Shown here one piece after another: positions 24,856 to 37,237 of a DNA stretch of 64,000 nucleotides. The notes beneath the pieces are model-generated. The model did not search any database. It was not told the origin of the DNA and worked only from the letters and a program-made list of their open reading frames with translations. The DNA lies in NCBI GenBank assembly GCA_030390025.1, contig CM059431.1, forward strand, positions 135,472,001 to 135,536,000. Direction: 5' to 3'. Within the stretch, counting starts at the first letter, position 1; the number at the start of each line of letters is the position of its first letter. This stretch comes from Squalus acanthias (taxonomy: Eukaryota). A program made the translations under genes and the position numbers.

Positions 24856-25390
24856 GATAGCAAAATACTGCGGATGCTGGAAATCCGAAATAACAACAGA
24901 AAACGCTGGAAAAACTCAGTAGGCCAGGCAGCATCCGTGGAGAGAGAAACAGAGTTAACGTTTCAGGTCGAAGACCCTTCGTCAGAACTGGAAAAAAGCA
25001 GGAAATGAAATAGATTTAAAGCAAGTATAATGCTGGGAAAAGGGGGAGGGGATGAAAGAACAAAGCTGGCAGCTGTCCTTCATTCCGCCAGCGCATTTCA
25101 CACTTCATCTAGCCTCAACCTGTCACATTACCACCTCCTCTCGCCTTGAATATCTCTTAATGTCCCTCAATGTCTCTTAATCTCTCCTGCCTTCTATACT
25201 ACCACTGACCTTCCCTTTGTTCTTTCATCCCCTCCCCCTTTTCCCAGCATTATACTTGCTTTAAATCTATTTCATTTCCTGCTTTTTTCCAGTTCTGACT
25301 AAGGGTCTTCGACCTGAAACGTTATCTCTGTTTCTCTCTCCACGGATGCTGCCTTTCCTACTCAGTTTTTCCAGCGTTTTCTGTTGTTAT
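24856..25390. mobile_element. Penelope-like insertion formed of inverted pLTRs (family B)
   Basis: 14-bp TSD ttcaaataaaggac (24842-24855 and 25391-25404); 179-bp inverted arms at 24887-25065 and 25215-25393. Confidence 0.85.
24953..24989 (-). ncRNA. Minimal hammerhead ribozyme motif (family B)
   Basis: AGUU-CUGACGA-AGGGUC.UUC.GACCU-GAAACGUU-AACU. Confidence 0.75.
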
Positions 25391-28084
25391 TTCAAATAAA
25401 GGACATTGGTGTAAAGAGGGCTGGTGTGATATGATGTCCTTCAATCCAGTACCCATCCTAGAACATCGCAACATATCAACCCTTTATGTACCAATATGAC
25501 CATGCCATTAAGAATCAACTGATTGAATAAATCAGTACCAAATAAGTGCACCTTTCCTTAAAGACTCTAATCTCCATGAATAACAAAACATGGCATAAGT
25601 ACACTTTCTATTTGAACACAACAAGCTAACCTACCTTTCCTAATGCCATGTTTCCTCTGGGTGATAAACAGCCTTTCCTTTACCTATTCTAGTACTTCTC
25701 CTAGGTGCAGCCAGAAGGCCAGTATTGTGCGAGGTAGTTGGCTGCTTATGTTCTACAAAGGGTCATGGGACGGAGGTGGGCTTCCTTTCGTGACAATTTG
25801 CTCCTAAGAGGGAGCTGTTGCTGACTGCATCTCTGGAGCTTGTGACTGTGAAGCCTGGTTTCCCCTCTTACAGCATGGCACACTGAGGGCTAAAACTGTC
25901 GGTCTGGCAGGTGCTGCTGTTTTGAGAGATGCCAGCCTCAGATAGGCCACCTTCAGCCATCATCATTCCACTGGTCCTTGGAATTTTGTCCCCACTGCTC
26001 AGCCAAATGGTTGGTTTAATAACATCTATTGGATCCTGATAGCCCGGAGAGATAGTGGCCCCCAAGGTCTGGAATCTAGTTTCCAAGACACTGTCTATAC
26101 TGTCCCCCACGGCCACTAGGACTTACGCCTTCATGGAGGTGGAGCCAACTGGTCCCTGGCAGCTTCTGAGGTGGGGGACTGTCGCAAGTTCCAATGCAAT
26201 TGCTACACGCTCCATTGAAAAGCAACAAAGGAAAAGCTTCTCTGATGTTGTTGTAAATGAGAGCTGTAGACTCAAGAGTCACACCTGTCACTTGCCACAC
26301 TTCCTCCGAGAGTGACCTCAGAATCTAAACACAGGGATGATGTTCCTACAACATCTCTCTTTTCAGGCGAGTATCCATAAGTTCTAGATCTCAGGACTCC
26401 AAAGAGATGGGCTGCTGTATCCTCAGCATCTGCTGGCAGGGTAACACATCCTCACTCATTCCCCACTCCTCCAGATCCCTTGTGCTCTGTGTATCATTAT
26501 CTACTTCCCCCTGGGTGAAAGTATCTGAACTGGTGCATGGTAGGGAAAAATGAAGTGGTGTAGTAAGTGAGATCAAAGAAATTGTGGCACAAGAAAATGT
26601 GGCAGAAGGTCATTGCAGGTACTTATGGTTTGCCTTATATCTGACTTCCTCTCCCTCCTCATCATCATCCTTCTTACCATTGTCCTTCTAAAAATCCATG
26701 AGGAAGTAGTTTTGGCTCCCATCCTCTGCCTCATCATCATCATCTTCCTCCTAATGTGTCCCCCGTTGCTATGGTGGATCTGCAGAAAAGGATATTCCAA
26801 GCTAAGAATAAGTGAGCATTATCTCCTTGGGATTAAGGAGACAGAGGAATGAATGGAAGCTTGTACCAGTGTCATGCTTCATCAGCATACCACAATAAAT
26901 GTAGGTCTTCAGTCACTAACCTTATATTGGCACTATGTCCCTAACCTTGCCATCTACCATGGCAAGAGCAGAGTGCCTCCCAGCAATCTGCATGGCCTGC
27001 TCCTCATAGTGGGTGTGGTCTTTCAGATTGGGGATAACCCCTTGCGATGGCTTGCCTCTTGCAGGCATTGTGTGCCAGTTTGTCCTGCAACAAGATTGAG
27101 TAAATTAGGTGAAGGCTAAGGAAGTTTGTGTATTAGGTGGCATGAGAGAGTTTAAGTAAGAGATGTGGTCGTACCAACCTATTAAAATGGAGAAAGGGGT
27201 TTTAGGGTTGTGCATGAATGTCAATGCTGTGAGGGAAGGTGGGTGGTCATACTGTAAGATCTCACATTAATATCAGCCCCCTGCCCCCCCCCCCCACCCT
27301 CACCTTGGTTGTGCTTTCCTTTCTTCCGTTGGCCTGGAGCGGTTATTTTGATTGGTCAAGGTGACCACAATGACAGCTCCCCTCTCCATACTATATTGCT
27401 GGTGTTTCCATGCTGCTGAAGTTTGGCATTTTCACCTGTGTTGCACACCATTTTAGCAGATAACCAGTAAGTTGTAACCATGGAAGTAAAACAGACACTA
27501 CAATCTTCTGAGAGTGTCATTAGGTACAGGTTCCACTGTACAGGTACTGTACTTGCAACATCAGTTTTCTTGTTATTTCTGTTTCCAAACTTAAGTTCTT
27601 CACATTGTTGCAGCTGATTAGGTGCTGAGCATAATCTCAGCTGGTTCTTCAAGATTGTTGGGACAATTTTTAGAGTATACAATGATCATTTTGAAAATAA
27701 AGACATCTGAAAAAAATGGACAACCGATGCAAGTCCCTTAGGTGTCCCTAACTTACAGGTTTCACTGTACTTATTTTGTATTTACTAATCAAAATGCAAT
27801 TGATGGTGGCAGAAAGATAGAGTTTGGTGTCATTAGAATATATGTGGAAAACTGGATTCTCAATTAGCCACATGTGGCTAATGACTAATGTATTGGACAT
27901 GTTTTAAAGGCTGCACTCTAATTTCCAAGCAGCCCATGATATTCATGCCAGTGACTTATTCAATGGATAGGCAAAAATGCTGACCTAATGCAAAGAACTC
28001 TGCAAACCATTGGTGAGTGCAATTCACCGTGCATTGGCACAAGTGCCAATTCGCCATTTGCAAATTTAGGGCTATAGATAGTCA

Positions 28085-28710
28085 GGGACTGAGGTAGCGA
28101 GCTGTAGTGGTTTTGGAAGACAATTCCAGAGAGTAGGTGTGTAATGGCTGAAAGATCAAATGGTGGAATGGAGGGAGGTGGGGATAACAATAATCCAGGG
28201 CCAGAGGAACAGATTGCATGGGCTGTGATGTATGGTTCTAGAGGTTTACTCAAATGTGAGAAGTCGCACAACACCAGGTTATAGTCCAACAGCTTTATTT
28301 GAAAGCAGCGCTCCGAAAGCTTGTGATTTCAAATAAAGCTGTTGGACTATAACCTGGTGTTGTGCAACTTCTCACATTTGTCCACCCCAGTCCAACACCG
28401 GCATCTCCACGTCATGTTTACTCAAATAGGAAGAAGCAAGGCCATAGAGGGATTTGAGAAGTAGGATCTTGAATTTGTTTGCAAGGGTTCTGGATTAGTT
28501 GAAGTGCAGGATGAAGACAAGGAAGACACTTAGGAAATCTATCTTTTAAGCAATGAAGATCTGAATAATGGATTACAAATTTACGTTATGACTTATTGAG
28601 TGGTTGCTGTTGGACAGGCAATTTGATAGTGCAATAACACTCTTGGAGTTCATGGTGGCAGAAAGGTGGATTTGGATGTCATTGGCATACATGTGGAAAA
28701 CTTAACCCTT
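28085..28710 (-). mobile_element. Old L2-like LINE 3' fragment
   Basis: Degenerate L2-like motifs on - (FHMYANDIQ near 28690; LEPYITAHAICSSGPGLL); interrupted at 28256. Confidence 0.5.
28256..28415 (+). mobile_element. Penelope pLTR fold-back insertion (family A)
   Basis: 12-bp TSD gtttactcaaat (28244-28255 and 28416-28427). 54-bp inverted arms at 28251-28304 and 28327-28380. Same pLTR sequence as 55000-55055. Confidence 0.85.
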
Positions 28711-28809
28711 CAAGACATGTTGAGGCATATCATGTAGATGATGAACAGGAGAGGATCAAGGATGGAGCATCTGAAGCATCCCAGGTGGTGGTATATTCAT
28801 AGAACTGAA

Positions 28810-29268
28810 CGGAGTCAGCACCGAGGAGGCAGACCATAAATAGAGCCGGAGGAGAGGCAGCGCGGACCTGCGAGGAGAGGCAGCGCGGACCTGAGCGGAG
28901 TCGGTACAAATCCGGCAAATTCTAAAACAACAAAAAAAAACAAGGAGTGACATCACAGGACAGCAAGTAGGTGATTGTTTGGTGAGTGTTAATGATTTTT
29001 TCTCTAAGTTAGGCAGTGGTTTAAACTAAGAGTGGGAAACTTTATTAAATTAAAAACTTAACTAGATAAACTAATTAATATAACTATCAATAATTGTTCA
29101 ATAAAGATTTTGACTAATTAGATAAAATAAGGTTAGACTAAGTCATGGCAGAGCAGATTGTGAGTTTGGACTGCAGTATGTGGGAGTTTGTGGACAGCGA
29201 GACTGTCCCAAGTGAACACGTCTGCCGTAGATGTCTCCATCTCGAATCTCTCTGGCTCAGAGTCATTG
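28810..29268 (+). mobile_element. CR1 5' UTR and ORF1 start
   Basis: GC-rich leader with duplicated gaggagaggcagcgcggacctg, then MAEQIVSLDCSMWEFVD..HVCRRCLHLESLWLRV, homologous to the ORF1 start at 7708..7962. Confidence 0.75.
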
Positions 29269-29269
29269 T

Positions 29270-29745
29270 GGCACTGCACCCAGGTCCTCCTGAACACATC
29301 CCTGCTTGTGACCTCCTCTGTATGCTTGCAGTAGGATGAGGATGAGTCTGAGGAGTGGCTAGTGAGATGGGGAAGTGATAATGTAGATAGAGAGGGATGG
29401 GTGGAGGTGCAAGGTAAGTTGGTGTGAGTAAGGATGTGCAGGAGTAGGGAAGGGAAGGCAGAGTGATGGGGATGTGATGAATGGCACAGCAGGATGAGGT
29501 TGAGTGTGGCTTGGCAGTAGCGTTTCGTGATCTACTGAGATAATTGAAAGGTTTGTGGCACTGCAGCCTGGTCCTCCTGACGACATCTCTGCTTGTGTCC
29601 TCCTGTGCAATGTGCAACCAGGCTGCGTTGATCTCTTGGGGAGGTCTCTTCCGCCCATGGGAAGGGAAGAGATCCTCCCTGCGGCTGTGACTCCCTCCAT
29701 AAGCATATGGAGGGAATCATGGGAGAGCCTGGGTGCAGCCATGCA
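29270..29745 (-). mobile_element. Inverted Harbinger Myb exon/intron fragment
   Basis: Reverse complement of about 9785-10200 (AAPRLSHDSLHMLMEG..). Confidence 0.85.
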
Positions 29746-29825
29746 CCTTTACATATATAGGATATACGGCACAGAAACAGGCCATTCGGCCCAACCAGTC
29801 CATGCCGGCATTTATGCTCCACACT

Positions 29826-31103
29826 CCTTTGTGCAGTGCTTGTCAGTGTTTGCTGTAGATCAGGAAACGTTAGTACAAAGCCACACTTAACTTCATCCTG
29901 CTGTGCCTCTCATTACATCCCCATCACTCTGCCTTCTCTATCCTACTCCTGCACATTCTTACTCACACCAACTTACCTTGCACCTACACCCATCCCTCTC
30001 TCTCGATCTACATTATCACATCCCCATCTCACTAGCCACCCCTCACACTCACCCTCATCCTCGTGCAATCAGACCAACTAACAACACACAAGGGTAGCCA
30101 CTTGGGTGCTTTATCCAATGCTCATGTAAAGTTTCTGTTAATGTGGTGTCAAACATAAAAATCTTTATTTTCAACACTTTGGACAGATTTGTGTGCACCT
30201 TTGGAAGTGGCTTAGTGAGTTGTAGTGAACGGTGAGACATAACGGTACCCCCCACAATGGTGATGAGTGTGAAAGGAATGGTTTGGACATTGTAGGGATG
30301 CTTTATGGTGTTGGTGTGGGGTGGTGCCAACCTGGCACATCATGTGGCAGTCAGGGTGTACAGCGTAAAGTGAAGTAAATCGGGCCATGGTGAGGCCATC
30401 CCCGGCATCCTGGGCAGCAATGTGCTCAGGTACTGATGCCCTCTGTCCTGTGCAGCATCAGGTGATTGCGGAGAAGTTTGTTGTTGTTGTTGGTGCTGCT
30501 GGTGTGCCTGGTGCTGCTGGTGTTGGGGCTGATCATGGTCAGATTCTGAGGTCCAAGGTGAGACAGTATAAACGGCACCCATGTTGGTGGAATAGATGGC
30601 AGGTGAAGTAGAGATGCTGAGAGAGTTCTTCCAATGAGGTGAGACTGGATGGAGACTTTGCTGGAAAGACTTGCAGCCTGCAGAATCTGTGCTGGAAATG
30701 GACTGAGCAACAGCTTCTGCCTGAGGAAAGTGATCATCTGTCAGGTGGGAGCTTTAACTGTACATTTGATGCTGTCAAGTAATCAGCTGGAGCAATGGCC
30801 ACTGAACTCCCGCCTCAGCTTGTCAGCCGTGGTCCCCGAGCTGTGTGAATCCCATGGCCATGCAGGAAAATTTAAAATGTAGGGGAAAAAAGGCTCTTAA
30901 GTGCCTGTAAACTACCTAATAATGATTTCAATTGGGTCTCCCGCCACTGCCGGTCAGGTTGGCTCCGTGATGACAGACGCGCCTGGGTGAAAGGCGCGTG
31001 GGAGCGATATGACAGCAGGTTCCTGACCCACTGTCAAAAATAACAATTTTCCCACCCGGCCTGCCACCGATCCCATCCGTGACCACCCCAGAAAATTCCA
31101 GCC
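29826..31103. mobile_element. Right portion of a non-autonomous Harbinger, second copy of about 9990-11258
   Basis: Colinear high similarity over about 1.2 kb; terminal cagaaaattccagcc. Confidence 0.88.
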
Positions 31104-31296
31104 ACAGCTTGTATTCTTTTTTGTACTGCAGGTAAATACTGTGTTAATGGATTCATAGATTTATCCCTTATAACTCTTTTCTGTATTAACTGATCAACAT
31201 GCTAATAGGACAGTTATTATATTTAAAGCATGAGGTAGATTTTCAACCCGCCACCTGGGCATAAAATTAACTTTATGATCAGCCACCCATTATAGA

Positions 31297-32136
31297 CATT
31301 GATAGGATGCAGAGCTGGGCCGAAAAATGGCAGATGGAATTTAACCCTGATAAGTGCGAGGTTATTCATTTTGGTAGGGCAAATTTGAATAAGGATTACA
31401 GGGTCAACGGCAGGGTTCTGAGGAACGTGGAGGAGCAGAGGGATCTGGGGGTTCATATCCACAGATCTCTGAAGGTTGCCACTCAAGTGGATAGAGCAGT
31501 AAAGAAGGCCTATGGTGTGTTGGCGTTTATTAACAGAGGGTTTGAGTTTAAGAACCGTGAGGTTATGCTGCAACTGTACAGGACCTTGGTGAGACCACAT
31601 TTGGAATATTGTGTGCAGTTCTGGTCACCTCACTATAGGAAGGACGTGGAAGCATTGGAAAGAGTGCAAAGGAGATTTACCAGGATGCTGCCTGGTTTGG
31701 GGGGGAGGTCTTATGAGGAAAGATTGAGGGAGTTGGGGCTTTTCTCTTTAGAGCGGAGGAGGATGAGAGGCGACTTAATAGAGGTTTATAAGATGATGAG
31801 GGGGATAGATAGAGTGGATGTTCAGAGACTATTTCCTCGGGTAGAGGCAGCTGTTACAAGGGGGCATAACTATAAGGTGCATGGGGGGAGATATAGAAGG
31901 GATGTCCGAGGTAGATTCTTTACTCAGAGAGTGGTTGGGGTGTGGAATGGACTGCCTGCTGTGATAGTGGAGTCGGACACTTTAGGAACTTTCAAGCGGT
32001 TATTGGATAAGCACATGGAGCACACCAGAGTGATAGGGAGTGTGATAGCTTGATCTTGGTCTCGGACAATGCTCGGCACAACATCGAGGGCCGAAGGGCC
32101 TGTACTGTGCTGTACTCTTCTATGTATCTATGTATC
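31297..32136 (+). mobile_element. CR1 3' fragment with open RT C-terminus
   Basis: ORF 31307..32053 (WQMEFNPDKC, RDLGV, LVRPHLEYCVQFWSP); tail (TATGTATC)n; possible TSD tataga. Confidence 0.92.
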
Positions 32137-32972
32137 TATAGAAACCGCCCCATTTTCATTTCCATACTTTCCTACGCTAAATGGCATGACAAGTGAAACA
32201 TTTTCTAAATTTGAATAACTTTACCTTCGCAAAAGACATTTAAACCACAAAATGCCACTGCTAGCAAAATTTCCAGCAACATTGATGTAGTCAAATCAAA
32301 GGAGATGACATTCATAAATGAGCTCCATTGCACCCTGATTGCTCAGACTAGAGTGCTTTTAGTGAGTCGATGCATCACACTACTAATTACTGAGCAAGCC
32401 ATGTTGCAACAAAGTCCTTCAGTATCCTTGAAACTGTGAGCAGCAGATAAAGGTCCAAGTTAGTGATAACTGTGATGCAATTCTGTTTGCTTCAGCAGTC
32501 TCAGCATGATTTAACAAAGCAGACGATAAAACCTGAAAAATGTCCCTGGGTAGAGACAGCTTGACCACCCAGTGGGTAGGACAACATCTGCAACTGTTAA
32601 TTAGGCTGTAAATGAGGCGTTTTAAATTTAAATTTCCATAAGTATTAAAACTTAAGTTAATTATCTGAATAAAATAATATAGAGCCAGAGACAGGTAAAA
32701 ACAAATACTGTCTGCCAGCTTAATGTAGCTACACGTGGCAGGCTTTCAAGCAGCATGAAAAATAGTTACGTGATTGTGGTGAATGCTCTTGTTGTCATTT
32801 TCCACATACAATCCATTATTGATAAAAGTAAATACAATCTGCTTATTATGGCAACTGCTATTATCAGGAATTCACCTTTCTGTAGCAATAATTCATTTCA
32901 GAACTGATCCTTATGATAAATTGCGTCAACACCATGTATTTTTAACTGGAGGAATCTGTGAAGCAAACACAC

Positions 32973-33730
32973 TGGACCAGACTTTGCTGTAGCAGGGTCG
33001 GTAATGGCAGCTGCAATTAGTTAGGCTTGTCCTTGCACCCTTCAGCTCAAAAAAGTTGTGCCTACAAGGTTACTGAAAGTGTGAGCTGATAACGGCGCAG
33101 CAAGGGAAATAGAGCATCTGGGACCTGAGTGAACAGAGCAAACAACAGAATCAGATTTATAAATGGGGAAATAACTGGAAGGACTGAGAAGGAGGGTGAA
33201 TTAAAGTGGGTGAATTCAATGTTAAATAAGTTACAGAAAGAGAAATAGAGGGAAAGAAAGGTTGGATTAAGAGAGAGAGAAAGAAGACAGAAAGGAAACG
33301 TAAAAGATGTAAAAATTAAAAATTTGACATTTTTTAAATCTCCCTGAAAAATTCAAAACGTGAAGGAATGAGACTCCACATTTGTAACAGTTCATTTTCA
33401 GTGCCAGAGAGGTTGATTGGCAGTAATTAACAATGAAAAGGCTACTTACACTACTAATTACTAGCCCTAAATTTCTGCAGTGGGTTGAGCTTGTACTACC
33501 GCGCAAACACAGCAACTTCATGGCATTCAATGCACGTCAATGGTGAGCCAGACAACAAAATGCTGTTTTCGGGAAACTAACGGTGGAGCGGCACAACTCA
33601 GACAGCAACTTTTGGATATTGGCATTGAAACCTGCCTCTGCTCTTTGCCTGAAGTTGCTGTACCATTTACACCTAAATAACGATGAGCGCCATTAGCATC
33701 ATCGTTTATTTGACAGCAAATTCTGGCCCA
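32973..33730. mobile_element. MITE with Harbinger-like TIRs
   Basis: tggaccagactttgctgt and acagcaaattctggccca form a 16/18 inverted match; the interior is repeated at 210-640. Confidence 0.7.
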
Positions 33731-34498
33731 TTAGTTCACTGTTGAAACAACAGCAGTGTTGCTGTGATTGGCTATCAGTGCTGTCAAATCCTTTATGAAT
33801 GGGGCTAATTTTTTCCCTGCCTAATTTCCTGTGCGCACCAGTGTTAGGAGAGGAAATAGGAACAGAGGCCCGTATCGTTAGGTCTCACCCTGTTTGCACT
33901 TGATGTGCATTTCTTGGGTGAGGGTGGGAAGTTCCTGCCTGACACAGGAGGGAGCATTTAAATGTTATCAAATAATGTGGGAGTGACATTGTAACAGCTC
34001 CCATATCATCTTCTGGAAATTCTGTTGGGAAGCTCCCTGGAAAGCAGAATATCCATGTATACCTTGGGTGTAGAGTTTGCATCAGTCCTAGTACCAACAC
34101 TTATGGCAACTCTTCCTTATGTGAAACAAAACTGTTATTCAGTACCACAACATTGAATTATGAAAGATTAACTGCAAATATATTTCTGGCTCACTTTATA
34201 TAGTTGGTACTTTTGTGCTGAAGCAATTGAGGAATGGTTACATGTAAACATATAAAAATCTTCCAAAACTGAAAAAGGCTACAAAGGCTGGTGGAAATTT
34301 CTGCCCTAACAGAATCTGAAATCTGTACTTTTTAACTTTACTGCTTTAAAACTTGATCATTGCCCCATCCAGCTAAACAACATAGCTATATGGCTACATC
34401 CTTTGCATTGCTGATATCAGTGAATGATATCAAGAATTTAGCGGGTCATTTTTTCTATTCTATTGGTGTTGACATCAGGATGAACACAATCTCAGATA

Positions 34499-36612
34499 CA
34501 GGAATCCCGCCCCGACCGCGGTTTTGCCGTAAGTGGATTTCACGTATACACGGTTTCCTCTCTGCGACAATTTTTACCAACCGCGGCAGTGAACTTTGCG
34601 TATACGCGGTTTTTAATTTTCAAGTTTCACGGGTCGCGCTTCCAAACACGAGACTGCATTCATCCGCGCCGCTCTTTTCAGCATAATTACTACCAGGCGT
34701 GGTCTCGCTCCACTCGTGGATATACTGTACCTGTACTGTGTGTGTGTGAACGTTTAGCCCTTCATCATGGCCCCTAAGCGTAATCTCAGTGGTAAAGGTG
34801 AATCAATAGTGAAAAGGGCAAGGAATGTACTAACCTTAGATAGGAAATTAGATGTCGTTAATAGACTTGCCCGTGGTGAAAGTACATCTTCGGTTGGACG
34901 ACTAATGGGGGTTAACGAGTCCACCATTAGAACCATAAAAAAAAGTGAGGTGTCGATAAGGGCTAGTATTGCAGGTGCCTCTTCGAAAAGTGCTAAAGTG
35001 TCATTTATGCCACGGGACCATAAGCTTGAAAAAATGGAGAAGGCACTTAATATCTGGTTGGAAGACCAGAACCAGAAACAAGCGAATGTTAATTCCGCAT
35101 GGGTACGTAAGAAGGCCCTTAGTATCTACAAGCATCTTACTGTGGCTGCCGGGGAAAGTGTAGATGACATAAAGTTTCAAGCGAGTAAGGGCTGGTTGGA
35201 AAATTTTAAGAAGAGGTTCGCCTTGACTAACCTTAAGGTTGTGGGGGAATCGGCCTCAGCCGATCACGAGGCCGCTGCCAAGTTCCTGGAAGAGCTGAAG
35301 AAGTTGATCGCTGAGAAGGGTTACCTGCTGGAGCAGGTATTTAATGCGGATGAGACTGGTCTCTTCTGGAACTTTCCGAACTTTCATCGTGAAGGCTGAG
35401 AAGCATGCTTCGGGATTCAAGGTGGCTAAGGATAGGATGACCCTTCTCCTTTGTGCTAACGCCGAGGGAGACTGTTTAGTGAAGCCGATGCTGCTCTACC
35501 GCTCTCTTAATCCCCGCGCTCTGAAGGGCAAAAACAAAAACTATCTCCCTGTCTTTTGGCAAGGCGTGGGTTACTGCTGCGGTCTTCATGGGCTGGTTTC
35601 ATAACTGTTTTGTGCATGACGTGGAGCGGTGCCTTGCGAGACAAAATCTGGCCTTCAAGGTCCTACTCATCCTCGACAATGCCCCCGGCCACCCGCCGGC
35701 ACTCCAATTAGCCCACCCTAATATTGAAGTCGTCTTCCTGCCTCCCAACACGACTTCACTCCTTCAACCCATGGACCAAGGTGTGATCGCCACCTTCAAG
35801 GCATACTACATACGACGCAGCTTTGACCGCATGATGGAGGCTATGGAGGATGACGCAACACTGACGGTGAAACTTGTTGGAAGGATTACACCATCGCTGA
35901 CTGCATCACCAACATAAAAGAATCGCTGGATGAACTGAAGAAGATGACACTCAATGCCTGCTGGGGTAAACTTTGGAGGGAGGCAGTGAATGACTTCCGA
36001 GGCTTCCCTACAGTTGACGCTGAAGTTCAGCGCATTGTGAAGGTTGCGTGACGTTTGGGAGGCGAGGGGCTGGCCGACATACAGCCTGATGACGTCGAGG
36101 AGCTCCTTGAGTTGCACGGCGAGGAGTTGATGGAGGAGGACCTTGATGAGCTGATACAGCATTCTAGTGAGGCAGAGGATGAGGACGAAGACGAGGATAT
36201 GGTGGAGAAGTCGAAGATGACAAGTGCCAACCTTAGCAAGGCAATGCTCCTTGCCAATAATCTTTATGGAGATTGACCCATTCTTGGAGCGTAGTTTAAA
36301 ATTCAAGCAAGGTTTGGAGGATTTAATGAGACCATACAAGCAGGTCCAGAAAGATATTCAGAAAAAAATGAGTCAACCATCTATCGCAGAATTCTTTAAT
36401 CTTGATCTTTTTTATTGTGTTATTTGAACATTTATTGTTTTTGTTAGGTTATTGTGTATTTTATTTGTGTTTATTAAAAGAACAAGCAACTTACATAGGC
36501 TCTGACGAGTGTAAATGTGGCCGCGTTCCCCCATACCCCATTTTTCCCATTGGTTTTACCAACCACAGGGATTTTCAGGGACGTATCCCCCGTGGTTGGG
36601 GAGGGATTACTG
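34499..36612 (+). mobile_element. Full-length Tigger/pogo (Tc1/mariner) DNA transposon
   Basis: TA TSD on both sides; 23-bp TIRs caggaatcccgccccgaccgcgg and ccgtggttggggagggattactg match at 19/23. Confidence 0.92.
34767..36427 (+). pseudogene. Tigger transposase (CENP-B-type HTH + DDD), frameshifted
   Basis: FQASKGWLENFKKR, QVFNADETGLFW, KDRMTLLLCANAEGD, LLILDNAPGHP and LQPMDQGVIATFKAYY across ORFs starting 34767, 35344, 35588, 36055 and 36224. Confidence 0.92.
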
Positions 36613-37237
36613 TATTGTTTTGTGGTCAGTAGTGACTAATCTTCATGTGACTGCTTTTCTGCTAAACAATTTGGCATTTTGATACAAGGGCCAATTAAGA
36701 GAAAATTAAGGTGGCACAATCATTTCAAAGTATTTTTCAAACTTTTTCTTGTTCCAAAGCACTGAAAGTACTGATGCAATTCATATTGAAGTCTGCAGTA
36801 AAAGTATCATCGTGTCACTTTTGCACAACATAATCACGAGGAATATAATGCTAGGCAGCTTTAATTTTTAACTCATTTTCAATGGACTGCCTTTGTCTCT
36901 TTTCCCTAAAACAAAGGCAGTCCATTTGAAAATGGGTCAAATATTAAATTGTAATTGAAGCAGTGCTGGGACAGGTAGGCATTGGTCTTTAGGAGCTTCT
37001 CCTCAGCAGCACCTAAAAGGATCATAAGGAAAGGATATGTTAGAATGGTGGCAGAAGGACTCCTCGAAACAGAGCTTACATGGAAAGATATTTGGGTCAA
37101 TTTTGATGTTTGGGCGGCTGACTGGAGTGCGTTGATTGGCCGGCCATCCCGGCGGCGAAAGGGACCCCGCCATTTGGAGGCCACAGCCTCATTTAAATTT
37201 GGCAGTTGAGCTGTGGGGCACCAAACATGTGTCCTTT

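Larger units (their letters stand above)
24225..27440. mobile_element. Old, heavily decayed Harbinger (transposase on +, Myb gene remnants on -)
   Basis: AILDGTHVIL, HNKKGFHYLNVQIV, GDEA*..LPWIM and VLKQYFCCLDRSGRALQ at 24225-24660. KMPNFSSME on - near 27430 resembles a Myb exon start. Confidence 0.6.

Noticed and set aside
26573..26852. Hydrophobic membrane-protein-like ORF
   Set aside because: Antisense or off-frame reading of an acidic GAT/GAG-rich exon of a decayed Harbinger Myb gene.
34767..36427. Host TIGD/CENP-B gene
   Set aside because: Several frameshifts plus TIRs and a TA TSD show it is a transposon copy.
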